A program made the position numbers and the translations under genes. Shown here piece after piece: positions 27,878 to 40,629 of a stretch of 64,000 nucleotides of DNA. The notes beneath the pieces are model-generated. The model was not told the DNA's origin. It was given only the letters and a program-made list of their open reading frames with translations, and ran no database searches. The stretch covers positions 7,316,001-7,380,000 of the forward strand of contig OZ059896.1 in assembly GCA_964057225.1 (NCBI GenBank), written 5' to 3'. The DNA is from Auanema rhodensis (taxonomy: Eukaryota > Animalia > Nematoda). Numbering within the stretch: the stretch's first letter is position 1; each line of letters starts with the position of its first letter.

Positions 27878-30160
27878 TTGAACGATATTTATAGGAAGTC
27901 GAAAAATAGGGAAGGGTGCGATATCAAGAGATACATATGAAGCAGCAAGAGAAAGAGAGAAAGAGAGAAAAAAGTAAAAGAGAAAAAAAGGTATATGAGA
28001 GAAAATACTTCACAAAGAGAGAAAATAAAAGATGAAAGAGGTATGAATGTAAAAACAGACCAACGTCTAAAAGAGAAGAAGGTAATCCAAAAACTATTTT
28101 TTTATAAATTGGCTTGAGATTTGTTGAAGTGATTGTTAAAAGAATATCCTACAAATGAGGAAATAATTAAAAGAAAGAAAATATATTTTAAGTAAACATA
28201 TAACAAATAACTTTCCTGTATTTGTATGAAATAATAGAAAAAAAAAGAGTTTATAATCATCAATTGATATATTATTTTTAAAATCAAAATAATATTTTGA
28301 TCGTATTTTTAAATAATGTAGTTTGTATATAAATGTAGATCTAAAGAAGAAGAAGAAGAAGGAGAATAGTATATGTATATTACTGGAGAGAAATCTTGTA
28401 TTCTTCTTCTTCTTCTTCTTCTTCTTCGTCAAATTATGAATAATGTTTCTTGGCAGATTTCATTGGAGTTTATGGTTAGTTAGCTTCCAAGTTAAGTTTA
28501 AGAAAATGAGATTGTATAATTTGTATGAAGATATATGATATAGTAAGTTAATTAAATGTATTTTTTCAGATGAATACTCACTAAAATTCAGTTAAGATTG
28601 TAGTGTTACTCAAGAGTTCTCAAATTTCTGTAAGCAACATAAATTTTTATTTATATATGTTTTCAACTTTTTCAATCTCAGTTCAATCTATTTAAGTAGA
28701 TTTCTTATTTTATTTCAGACTTCAGTAAATGAAACTAAGTATATTTAAATTCAAAAATGTTTATAATACATAAATAACTTTAAACTTTTAAACGATTAGA
28801 TTTCTTTTCTTTTTTTTTCTTTTAAACTATTCAAACGATTATGGAAGTTTTTTTTTTGGAAAATAAAATTATATATGTCTCATTATACATCTTGAAGTGT
28901 GTGAAACAGTGAAATAGATCTTGAACTCATATTACTGTGAGAATTGCCGTATTTCACTCATTGCTATCTTGGCTGAATGAATAACAAACTAGTGACTAGT
29001 TTCGTGTTTTCTTGTCTATTTACCATAAAAAAAAACTAAAATAAGCAGAAGAAGAAGAAGAAGAAGAAAAAGAAGAAAAAAAATAAAAGAAAAACAGACT
29101 TTTAAAAAATGGTTGATGTTACATCAATACTATATTATATGAATATACTATACTATAGTACTATAGTATATATAATACATTGAATTGTGTCTTAAATTGC
29201 TATGAATTATAAATAAAAGTAATTTTTCTTTAAAGCATTATATGACTTATTTTATAAAAAAAATATATATAAAATATTTATTTTTATGTATATTATAATA
29301 TTTATGTAATTTTAAAATAATCTTTTAATAAATTTTAACGATTCATTTGAAATGTATATGGCTCATTTGTCCTTGTTGTAATAACAACAATAAAAATAAA
29401 AATAAATCTATTTAAAATTTTATTACAATGTTCAGTTAAATATATCAATTCACAGGAAAAAACAACCGAATATCACATTTGAAGGTGGGGTGTTGAGGAG
29501 GGGGGGGGAGGGGAGGAGGAAGATGGAGTAGAAAAAATTGAAATATTAATAAAAAAGAAAAAGATTGAAAGAAATTTATTTCGAACATATATTTTTTATA
29601 TAAAATCTAAATTATTTTTATAATTTAATAACAATATATCTCACAATGTGGAAAATTATTTAAATGATATAACAAATTAAATGTCTCTGAATTCTATAAA
29701 GAATATTGAGATGTATGAAAATGGAAATATTTAAAAAAAAAAAATTAGAAATATAATCTGTCATCAAGTCTTTTAAGTTTTATCCTAAAATATTAAACAA
29801 AATACTATAAACGTCATCACTTTTAGAAAGAACTGACGTTTGAAGATATTGTTGAATCCACAAAAAAAACCAAAATTATTTATAATGAATGAAGGATTCA
29901 AGCATTAAAACATAATTTTATACAAATATAAGACGAAAGAAGAACCATATGGACGAATGAGGGGATAGAAGGAACAGAAGGGGGAGAGGGGGTAGGGGGC
30001 AGTGAGCAATGAGAAATGGTTTTATCACAATTCAATTGGAAATCGATATTTCTTTCATTTTTTTTGTTTTAATCTCATAGAATATGAAATTACAAAAGAA
30101 AGATTATCTGAATGACTCTTTTTATCTTTGATATATGTATATATAATGTTAATGTAACTA

Positions 30161-33100
30161 TTAATTCAAAGTTAAATATAATATCAAACTAATCATAGAT
30201 GATATTAACCAACTAAGATGAATTGTTAATGAGCACGGTTGATTAGTGCTTTCCTGAAAAGAAAAATATTTATATTATGGAAATAATATGTTTGTAATCT
30301 TTCATACCTGTGTTACATCAGCATCTGTACCAAAGCACATAGCTCTTGATCTTTTCGGTCTTGAGTGTAGCTCGCCTATACAGATATCTTCCAAGTTCTT
30401 ATCATTTCTATCTTCCTCCCACGTCATAGTTGTCTTAAATTATGAAGGAAGGTAAATAAAATATCTGAGAATAATATTATTTGAAACTTACATCAGTATT
30501 TTCTAATTTGGGACAAGCTACTTCATCATAACATAAATCAGATTGATCTTCTTGATTAATCCATACCATTAACAAGTTTGTACCATCAACGAATGACGCA
30601 TGCATTTTTCTGGAAAAAAAAATTGTAAAAAACTATTCAAATAGTTCAAATGTTATATGTATAAGTTATAACTTGCTAGCTTTTATATATTTGTTTTAAA
30701 CAAAAAAAATTGAAGTAGAGGGAAAAAAATGTTTGAAAACATACACAGAACACTTCGTTGTAGGACAAGGCTTATCATATCGTCCAAACTCTATAAGACT
30801 GCTTGACTTTGGCCTAGTTCGTGGATTCTAAAAGGTTAATTAAAATTAAAAATAAATAAATATTTTACTAAAATACCTTATTAAACAAATAAAAGAACGA
30901 TGTCTTAGAGCATGGATAACCATCACTTCCATCATGGAATGAAGCTGTATATGCTATAAATAATATAATTTATAAATTCTAACATATAGTTAGAAAATAT
31001 ACCTTGTGTTGTACTAAATGTTGAACTAAGTAATGGAACAAAAGTAATTTTTTGGATTAATAATAAGAATTTATTAATAAAGTAGAATAATGTACTGACA
31101 GCACTATGTAATGGCTGAAATGTTTTGTAAAAATAAATAATTTTAGTTCATTAAGTAACAAACCTTTAAAGATTTTGATGACATAACTACTTTAGGTTGT
31201 TCTTTGCATATAGCTTGATGGTCAGTATATTTGAATCTAAAAGTTTAATTTAAAATAAAATCTGACTCGGTTTAGAGCGTTGTTTTTCGATCACAGAATT
31301 CTGAGACTCTAGGGTATCTTCATTGTCGAATGTAGGGTTCAAACTTGAATTGTTAATACCATACCAACAAGTTATCCAATACACTAATCAACTACAAAAA
31401 TAGTTTGATGTGTTGCCTTTTTACAATTTTTGTTATCACAAAACATTGCTTTTGCAAAATCTGACTCAGTTAAAGAGCTTGTTTTTTCGATCATAGAATT
31501 CTGAGACTCTAGGGTATCCTCATTGTCACGAGCAGGATTCGAACACTTGAACCCGGTAGTACTGTGGCGCTCTCTTGCGATACACCACACTTACTCACTT
31601 CGTATAGAATTTCTTTTCCACTAGCAAGGACATTGCGCGTTGTGATACCCGGTTGATGTTGCCAAACCAATGACTGATATGCTTTCCGTGTTGAAGAGGT
31701 CCCTAAAATATATAATAATAATATAAATTAATAAAAATATTTAACATACACTAAGATAATCTTCATATGAAATATCTTTTTGATTGCTATAGAATACATA
31801 ACCATGTTCATCAAGTAATAGACACCATTTTCGATCATCCTTTAATTATATTTGAATTATTATAAATCCATATATAAACAAGAAAACTACCGATGGACCA
31901 CATCCATGTTCTCCCATAAGATTTACTACATGATCATAAACAAATTCATAGCCAGTAACACCTTTAAACAAAGAAAAATTAATATTTGTATCTTAAGAAG
32001 AAGGTAGAAGAAAAATACCTAAAATGGCATTTCCTGACTTTATAGCTCTTGTTGCTTGGGCTAACATAGTGAGATTTTCATTATTTCCAAATCCAGTCAT
32101 TTGTGTTTCAGATTTATACCATATTTTGGCTAAAATAAAATAAATTCATATGTTTATATATAGTTTAAAACATACAATTATTGCTAACATCAAAAACAAT
32201 ATCCCCAGGCATACGAACTGATCGTCTATAGTAATAATCATCAACTGATTTTCGATTTAAATCAGTAATGAAATGATTATATGATCTAAATAAATATAAT
32301 AATATTATTATTATTATAGTAATAAAGCATACTCTTGAACTAATTCAATGGCAAATATTCGACCAATATGATCTAAGATACTCCAGTTTGGATCAGAATA
32401 ATCGTAATCATCCAAAGTTAAATTATAATATCTGATCATACCAGATGGAGCTGTGAAGAATACCAAATGTATTAAATTACTGAAAGTAGTATATACATAC
32501 TCTAATTCTTTATCATTCGTCTTCTTACTCTTTAAGGAATTGCCAGTTTTGATCCCAACTATCTTGAAGAGCAGATGTAGCTTCAAGATCAATTAATAGC
32601 TTTTCAACAAGATGTTGCCTAGCTTTACACAGCTCAGGTATCTTTCCAGTGCTAATCATCTGTTGTACATAAACAGTAAAAGCATCTTCCTTTGATATAT
32701 TGGTATCAGTATCATTAAGTAAACAATATCTCCAATGTGGATGTACACGAAACTGTTTAGATGATATCCATTCATGCTTTATACGTCCATAATCATAATT
32801 ACGTTCACGTCGACGAATACGATAATCATCTCCTTCAGCTATAGCTAAGCCGATTCTGAAAAGATTTTCGATTATATCAGCATGTCTAGCTTGTAATTTT
32901 GTTTTTTTTTCTTATTTTACAGCTGAAGAATATTTTTAAAATGAAAAAAAAAACTACAATTGTCACATACATGAAATTTGCTCCATTTATACATTCAGAA
33001 TAATAGTTATTAGTCTGTGGATATACACGTAATAAATTTTCTGTGGCAAATAAAACATCCAATTGTTGCTCTTCGGAATTGTCACAATCGAAGATCATTT

Positions 33101-33995
33101 TTCTTGTCTGAAAAAAAATTATTTTACAACACAATAAGAGAAATTATAATTAGCGGATGCATATTAAGCTTCAAATAATCTATAGGGATTAGAAGTTGAA
33201 ATAAGAAATAAAAACTAAATTATTTCAAAGCTTAAGTATCAGGCAAAATACTAAGTAAAAGGCTACAAAAGCATTCTTATTATGATAGATTAATGCGCTA
33301 TTTTTAGGTTAGATATTGAGTTAAACGGACATGTAAAGCAGGAAAAGCTAGAAAATAAGGCAAATGGTACAAGAAAGTTACTGGATAATCAACAATATGA
33401 AACATGCTCATGCAATTTCGTGCAACATGAATAAGCTATAACATCTCCTTTTTTTTTGTTAGAAAAATCATGCAATAATGTCTAATATGAAGAAAAATCA
33501 TCGATGATTTAGGATTTTGAATTTTCTATGGATTGCTTTAATCCATTAGCTAGTAGAAAACAATCAAAAGATTCTACTAACAAGACCTAACGAGCCACAC
33601 ATGGAAATACATACGAGTAGAAATCATAAAGGATAGATAGAAATTAGAAGTCCTACAAGATTTCGGATTTCTGCCACGCATTCGGAATATGAGCCATGCT
33701 CGCAGTTGAAGCTCGCTGAGTTGTCCCCCGATGATAGCTGCGCCAATCGTATCTGTATTGAAGTTTTCAAGAGAGTTTAGAGAAAAATCATCTAAGATAA
33801 TCCATCAGTCTGTCCGATAGCCGGCTACTTTGGGAAATATAGAAAGTAATGGGGATGCCTCATATCAAAATCGTAATGGTATTAATGAATATGAAGTAAG
33901 AATCAAGAGTAAGACACCAGAATCTGTTGAATGGATACATAACAATTCTACAGGTATTCACGACTAATACAAAAAAAAATGCTAGGAAGAGAGCT

Positions 33996-34052
<57 letters not shown>

Positions 34053-37000
34053 AAAGGATAATTTCATTAAGGAGATTAAAAATGAGGGGAATTGGTGAAT
34101 ATTAGAAGCATTAAAATTAGAGAAAATGTGCTTGAGATTTAGTTTTAATTGTTTTTGTTTCAAATAGCTGTGATGCAAAATTATTAGCAGCATTCGCATT
34201 AAAAGTTAAAAGTTGAAGCCAGTGAAAATAAATGGTTTGGTATTAAGCCACTCATATAGTGCGATACAAGGTTCGGTCATTCACATTATTAGTTTTATAA
34301 AAAAAATTGAGAATAAAAACACATAAAATGAGTTTGATATTTGAAGTATATGATAGCACACTCAAAAAAAACTTTTTTTTTGTGAAAAAAATGAAACGAG
34401 CGGTAAAATGGAAAATTTGGAATTTGTTTGAATTATACGTACCTGTTGAGATTGTTGAACTTCTAATTCAAGAATATCCATATTATTATAATTTTGTTTA
34501 TGAAGCTTTGTGATAGGATCCTAAAAGACGAGTTATGATTAAGCATGACAACTTGAAGTTGCACATACAATTGCTCTGAGTTGAGGATGAAGTATGATAA
34601 AGCCATTTTGATCCAACATAAAGAAATAACTCTTAGCACCAACCTTAAATTAAAAATAAAAATATTATATATGAATAAAAAAATAAAATTTACATTTGAT
34701 GGATGAGCTAATTGATTTAATTCAGTTAATGGAATATTAACAGCAGCAACACCCATGAATGTCTCATTAACTATTACAGGAAATGAAACTGTTGTTACAA
34801 ACATTCGAGAACGTGCTTCAGTTTTTTGAAGTCGAATTTTCTGAAATAAATGAATTGAATAGAGAAAAAGTATGAAAAATTATAGAAAATAACAAAAAAT
34901 AAAGAATTATTACCTTTTTAGCTGCCATTTTATTCATAACTGCAAATGATTGGTTAGTGATAGGTACAGGTTCAGCAAATGTTTCTGGACGAGGTATATA
35001 CTGAAAGAAATGAAAGATCTTTATGATTTTCATTAAGAAAAAATTTTACCAATCGTTCACGATAAACTCCACTCCACATTGCACCTTCAATGCCTATATC
35101 TGCTGCATGTTTTCCAATAGGTCGAGACATTGTACGAATATAATGCTGAAATAAGAATAAAATAGGATGAATGAAGTAAGAAGAGTATTGTTTTACCTGA
35201 ACTTTCTCTTCAACATCAGCCATATTTTGTACATGAACCATATATCCTCGATTATAACATGCCATTTGTTTAACTTGTTCAAAGTCAATAGCTTCTTCTC
35301 CGATCAAAAATGAGAAAAATCGTACCTAAAATTGATAATTTAAGAAAAAATAAATAAATTTAAAACAAATAAAAAATGAAATTATGATATACCTTTTTAT
35401 CTTTATTATATAAATCAAAAATTTCCTTATAAGCATTAGGTGCTCCATCAGTAATTAACATAATTACATTTTCACAACCTTGAGCCGGAGCTTTCCGACC
35501 TGCTTTTGTTATCTAAAAATATTAAAAATTATATTAAAAATATAAAAATAATAATAAAATTGAATAAACACACACTTATATACATATGTATGTATATGAA
35601 ATAATGTGTGTTGTATGTGCAAAGATAGAAGAAGAAGAAGGAGAAGGAGTAATAGAAGATAGATGAAGAAATGAAACATTTGAAGGAACTACAGTTCAAT
35701 CACATCCAAATTTCACAAAATAAAAATCGTTGGTGTTCAATTCATCGTATAGATAACACATCAACAAAAAAAGGTAAAAAAACAAATGATACTCAGTCAT
35801 ATATATCATAAAAAATATTTTTTCATACAACTGATTAATCACATTCATAGTTTTAATTGAATTTTTCTTCTTCAAAAAATTCAATTTAATTAACATTTGA
35901 CATATCAACACAAATGACTAATATTTAATATATTATTATTATTATTAATATATAATTTTTATGTTAATTATTTTAATTTTAAGTAAATTTAATACATTTT
36001 AATGATTTGAGCAAGTTATCTTTTCTTTTTCTAATCATATTTTTGTTTGTTTATTTGTTTGTTTGTTTTGAAATTTAAAAGCAACAGAAGCACTATGAAG
36101 CCAAAACAAATAGAGAATTAACTTGATCATACCAGAAACAGTATTATATTTTCTATCAAGCAAATGCAAAAGCAATGAAAAGCAACACAGATAGAATCAC
36201 ACAAATAGAAGACACAACATACTATACATACACATGCAATACGCATCAATTCAACAAGCATAGTGGTACATAAAGCATTAAACTTACGGCATCATAGTAT
36301 GGTCGATCATAAACAAGAAAATGTTCTGGAAGTTCCGTTATGTTCTTTTCTTCCAAAATTGTGCTATTTTGGAGCAGAACAGCAAATTCTTCTTTGTTGT
36401 AGATTGTCCATCGTTTCGGTAGCTGTTATAGATACGAATAGTCTTCAGTATGACAATGGACCAGATATTATATCTCAGAATCAATATGCATTTTTGAAAA
36501 AAAAAATTAATTTTTTTGAATTTAAAGACGTATTTCGAATGATTCTGAGAAATAAATATCATTTTAAGCAAAACATAAGCTATCATATATCATATATATC
36601 AGTTATGATAAACTTTTAAGCGACTGAATTTAAGCAAAGCAACAAAGGTAAGCAAGGTAACATATAGTTTAGCCAGACATTTAAATATAAAGCATAAGCT
36701 CAGAAGGTTCTTAACTCAAGCAAATAAGCTTACTGTAATACATTTAACATATAACATGAAGCTTCAATTATAACACAAATGATAAATGTTATTCTAAATA
36801 AGCTTTTAAAGTAAATTAAAACGAATTGTTATACTACGAATAATGCTGGATAATTTGTTCCTGTTGACATATTATTAAATTATTTAAAAAGAATAGTTTT
36901 GTTATAATAAAAATTATTTTCTTATAGTTTTTATTAATGTTTTAATGTTTTAATATAATTATAATATTATAAATTACTTACATTCAGAAGGGTAGTAAAA

Positions 37001-39045
37001 GCATGTGGTAAAGCTCTTTCATATTCAGCTTTTCCTTCGCTTGAAACATTATTCATTTTATTTCGTAAAGCCTTGAAATAAATTATAAAAATTTAATAAG
37101 AAACTATAATCATACCTTCTTATTTCTCATAGTTGCTTGTAATAATCCATTCTCACCATTACAATCATCCAAAAAGAAAGGTGCTTTTGAAAACTAAATT
37201 GAAAAAATTTTAATTTTTTAAGAAATTTAAAATATAAATTAAATTTGTAAATTTAAGACGTACGGGCATAATATTAAAATAATCATTATGTGATAAAGTT
37301 TCCAAGATAGCTTCAGTTGTTTGTTTAGCAATTTCATATCGTTGACCAAGCATAGATCCAGATAAATCCAACATAATAAGAACATTTTTTGAATTTGTAG
37401 CAGCATTTATATACCTTTAAAAGAAAAAAATATTATTTTAAAGTTTAAAAGAAAGAAAAATTAAATTAATTACCATTCAGTATTTCTACAATCAAATAGA
37501 TCAAGATGTTCCATGTGATTATCCCAGAACCATGAAGCGGCTACAATAAAATTTTAAAAATTGAAGTGAAAAGCAAAAAAAATTGAAAATAGGTTATTCA
37601 AAGAATTTAAAAGAAGAAAATTTCAAAGAATTTAAATAATACCTGGATAGAATCGCATATAACCACTTTCAGAACAAAATAGTTGAAATGCTAGATCTCG
37701 AACTTCTTCTCGATGAGTTCTATATACTGGATCAATTTCAGACCATTCTATTTTTCGAAGTAAAGGAGGATCTAAATAAATTATATAATATATAGTATAT
37801 AATATATTTAAAAATATATAAAAATGATTTGAAATGAATTTAAAACATACTTCGATCATACAGAGGTGTAGGAATATGTACAGCAGAAGCAATAGGTGAT
37901 GTTGGTAAACTATAGAAATTGGCATTAGGAAGCAGAGTGAAATTTCTAAAAAAATAAATAAAAATATTTAAAAAATTTTATTATGAAACCTAGTTTCTTG
38001 AACTCTCTTCTTCATTATTATATGAGAATGTTCATATATAGTTGTACCATCATTACCCTTAATCATATATTAAATATTGAAAAATGAAAATGAATTTTAC
38101 TTGTTTTGCCGACATAAATCGGATAAAATCTTTGGAATCAGGATCATTCACATCTGTATCTGATGATTCTCGAGGTTCTCTAGACTCCAAAGATATTTTT
38201 GCATTCTATAATATTATTTAAATAAATATATTATATTATATATATATAGTTAACATACATAAGCAAATTCTGATCTGCGTTTAAGATATTGTTCGATGAC
38301 ATCTTTACTACGTTTTAGTTCAACTCGAGGGTCAAACTGCTCTGCTTCGACGAATTTTTCATAGAACTGAAAGAAATGTTTATTTATCAATGAAAAATTG
38401 CTATAATCTTATTTATTTTGAAATAATAAATTTATTGTTTCAAGTTACAAATTCATTTTCGTTAAATTTGCCATACTTAGTCAGAAAGCTTTAAAGGAGA
38501 AACGGATAAGTGTTATCCAGTCAAGATATGAACAAATAACCTCTTAAGAGGCAGTCAGAAGCCAAAAAGTTAAGAGGCACTTCCGTCTCTACTGCTGTCA
38601 AGCACTCAATAAGAACTGATTCGCGAAAGAAATTTTAAAAGTATATAAATATAGAATTAAAGCATGACTAAGATGAAATTATTTGAGTTAATAATAATCT
38701 TTATTATAATAGATTATATATTAAAACAATATATTTAATAATTTAAATATATACAAGTTAAGGACATACCTGGGAAATCTTTTGCTCACCAGTAACCCGT
38801 TTAAACGTATCCTGCAGATTTTCGCTCAATACCCGTGTGCATTCATCTATGCTATAACCAAACATTTATTTATCTTTGTTGTAATTCTCTTTTATTTTTT
38901 TTATTTTTTAAATTAAAGTTTTATTATTAAAATAATAAATATAAATAAGTAATTTCGAAGGAAAAATTAGTTAAACGAACCTTTCCCTATTAAAGGCGGC
39001 TGCTCGGAGCAATAGGGTAATGAATAATATAGCATTCAAGAACAT
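30161..39045 (-). CDS. unc-36: Voltage-gated calcium channel alpha2/delta subunit, many exons
   Basis: Signal peptide [22 protein letters not shown]; [45 protein letters not shown]...LITDGAPN, Cache-region [25 protein letters not shown] and YFFMLDQNG; hydrophobic C-terminus. Matches my recollection of C. elegans UNC-36 throughout. Confidence 0.95.
31264..31327 (-). ncRNA. Putative C/D-box snoRNA, copy A (intronic in unc-36)
   Basis: Minus strand: GAC-a-ATGAAGA (C-like)-taccctagagtct-CAGA (D')-attct-GTGATCGA (C'-like)...CCGA (D-like)-GTC terminal stem, then TTTT. Confidence 0.6.
31335..31386 (-). promoter_or_regulatory. tRNA-like Pol III promoter (A box TAGTGTATTGG, degenerate B box GTTTGAACCC) upstream of snoRNA copy A
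   Basis: A box 31386-31376 and B box 31344-31335, 31 nt apart (tRNA-like spacing). Confidence 0.5.
31462..31528 (-). ncRNA. Putative C/D-box snoRNA, copy B (intronic in unc-36)
   Basis: Minus strand: TGAC-a-ATGAGGA (C)-taccctagagtct-CAGA (D')-attct-ATGATCGA (C'-like)...CTGA (D)-GTCA; 4-bp terminal stem, 67 nt, followed by TTTT at 31459-31456. Confidence 0.68.
31535..31587 (-). promoter_or_regulatory. tRNA-like Pol III promoter (A-box-like TGGTGTATCGC, B box GTTCGAATCC) upstream of snoRNA copy B
   Basis: Perfect B box 31544-31535; A-box-like element 31587-31577; 32 nt apart; no complete cloverleaf is evident. Confidence 0.58.
33657..33752 (-). CDS. unc-36: unc-36 internal 96-nt frame-preserving exon ([32 protein letters not shown]), candidate cassette
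   Basis: TACAG/GTAGG boundaries, phase 0 on both sides, long flanking introns, TGCATG motifs downstream. Confidence 0.75.
33998..34051. repeat. (AG)n microsatellite in unc-36 intron
   Basis: Perfect dinucleotide run. Confidence 0.95.
36288..36422 (-). CDS. unc-36: unc-36 internal 135-nt frame-preserving exon inside the VWA domain ([45 protein letters not shown]), candidate cassette
   Basis: AACAG/GTAAGT boundaries, open phase-0 frame between the TTLLN and ITKAG exons, two N-x-T sequons. Confidence 0.7.
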
Positions 39046-40551
39046 TGAAAATGCTCAACCGACCATTTCATAAAACTAACTATTATCAATTTTTCTGAAA
39101 TCATAAAAGCATTTGCAAAAGTAACCAAATAAAATTTGCAAGATATATGTACGAAAATAGAACAAAAGTTGGAAAGGATATGAAGTCGGCGATATCCGAG
39201 GAAGAAGAGGGTGATAAGTGGGGTTCTGATGAAGCAAACATCAATTTGAACAGTTTTCTTTCAAGTGAGAATGCAGAGAATCAATACGTAAGCTATAAAT
39301 AATACTAAGAAATAAATAATATTATTGAATTTATATATAAAATCATGAAGCAGGTGTAATAATTTGTGGAAAAATGAAAAGAAAAATGAGAATGAATGAG
39401 AAGAAGGTAATTCGAGAAGTGCAATCATAACTTAGGTAAAAATTGCAAGAGATGAGAGTCAGAGAGAAAAATTAAAGAGAAAAGAAGAGAAAACGGAAAA
39501 AGGAGAAATAGGAAGGTGGAAATAAATTGAAAATCTAAGGTTTAGAAAGGAGATGGGCATGAGAAAGAGAGAGGGAAAATCTGAACCTAATATAAGAACA
39601 ACAACCAAATGGAAAAATCATCGATTGTATGTATACATACATGAAAATTAAAGAAATTAATAAAACAATAATAAAAATAAAAATAATCTTTTTAAATTCC
39701 AATGATATTATTTTAATTTAAAAAAATAAAAAAGTAAAAGTAAAAAGTAAAAGAAGAAGAAGCCTTATCAAATGAAAACGACAAAAACGAAAATTTTAAG
39801 TTTTTTTTTAAATTAATGAGAAAATTTTAAAAACTTTCAACATTTTTTTCTTAAAAGAGATGTTATTTCTGAATATAATGAAATAAAAACAAATTCTTTA
39901 TGTTTATAAGACTCATAGACTAGGGAAGCAAATGAAAAAAATGAAAATGAAAATCAATCAGCCATGATGACGGTGCTCTATTTCTAGAGCATAGGCTCTC
40001 TTTTCTTTGCGTCCCCTCTTTTCCATCTCTTCTTCTCTCTTTCCCTCTCCCTTTCTGGGAAAACGATTCCATGAATAGTCGATTTATACATATTTGGTAA
40101 CAACATACAGCTTTTCTATACAAGGAGCTCATCCGACCTCTGTCATGTTTTTGTACAGAAGTATTGAATATTTAACTATATTAAGAAGCTAAAGTAAGAA
40201 TAGTAGAGTTGAATATATAATGTTTTGCAAAAATAATATAAAAATAATTGAAATCTGTAATGATCTTCAAATTTTTGTTATGAAATTTAAGCTTAATTAA
40301 CTTTAATTATATTAATATTTATAAAAATATAAAAGATATTATTTATTTATATAATATATTTAATAAATAAATAATATTATAAAAAATTAATGATAGACTT
40401 AAAATTTCCTGTATACTTAAATTAAACTTCTTAAGCCTAATAGATAAATTCAATTTTTTCTCTGAGAGACAAAACTCTGAGAGACGAAGCGAGTAGGGTT
40501 ATATAAAATATTGAGAAGAATGAAAATGAGTGAGAGGGAATGCTGAAGAGA

Positions 40552-40552
40552 A

Positions 40553-40627
<75 letters not shown>
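40552..40627. repeat. (GA)n tract upstream of unc-36
   Basis: Direct inspection. Confidence 0.95.

Positions 40628-40629
<2 letters not shown>

Noticed and set aside
31520-31590. Functional tRNA gene at the GTTCGAATCC B box
   Set aside because: No convincing acceptor stem, D arm or anticodon arm can be folded. It is better explained as a tRNA-like promoter leader for the adjacent snoRNA.
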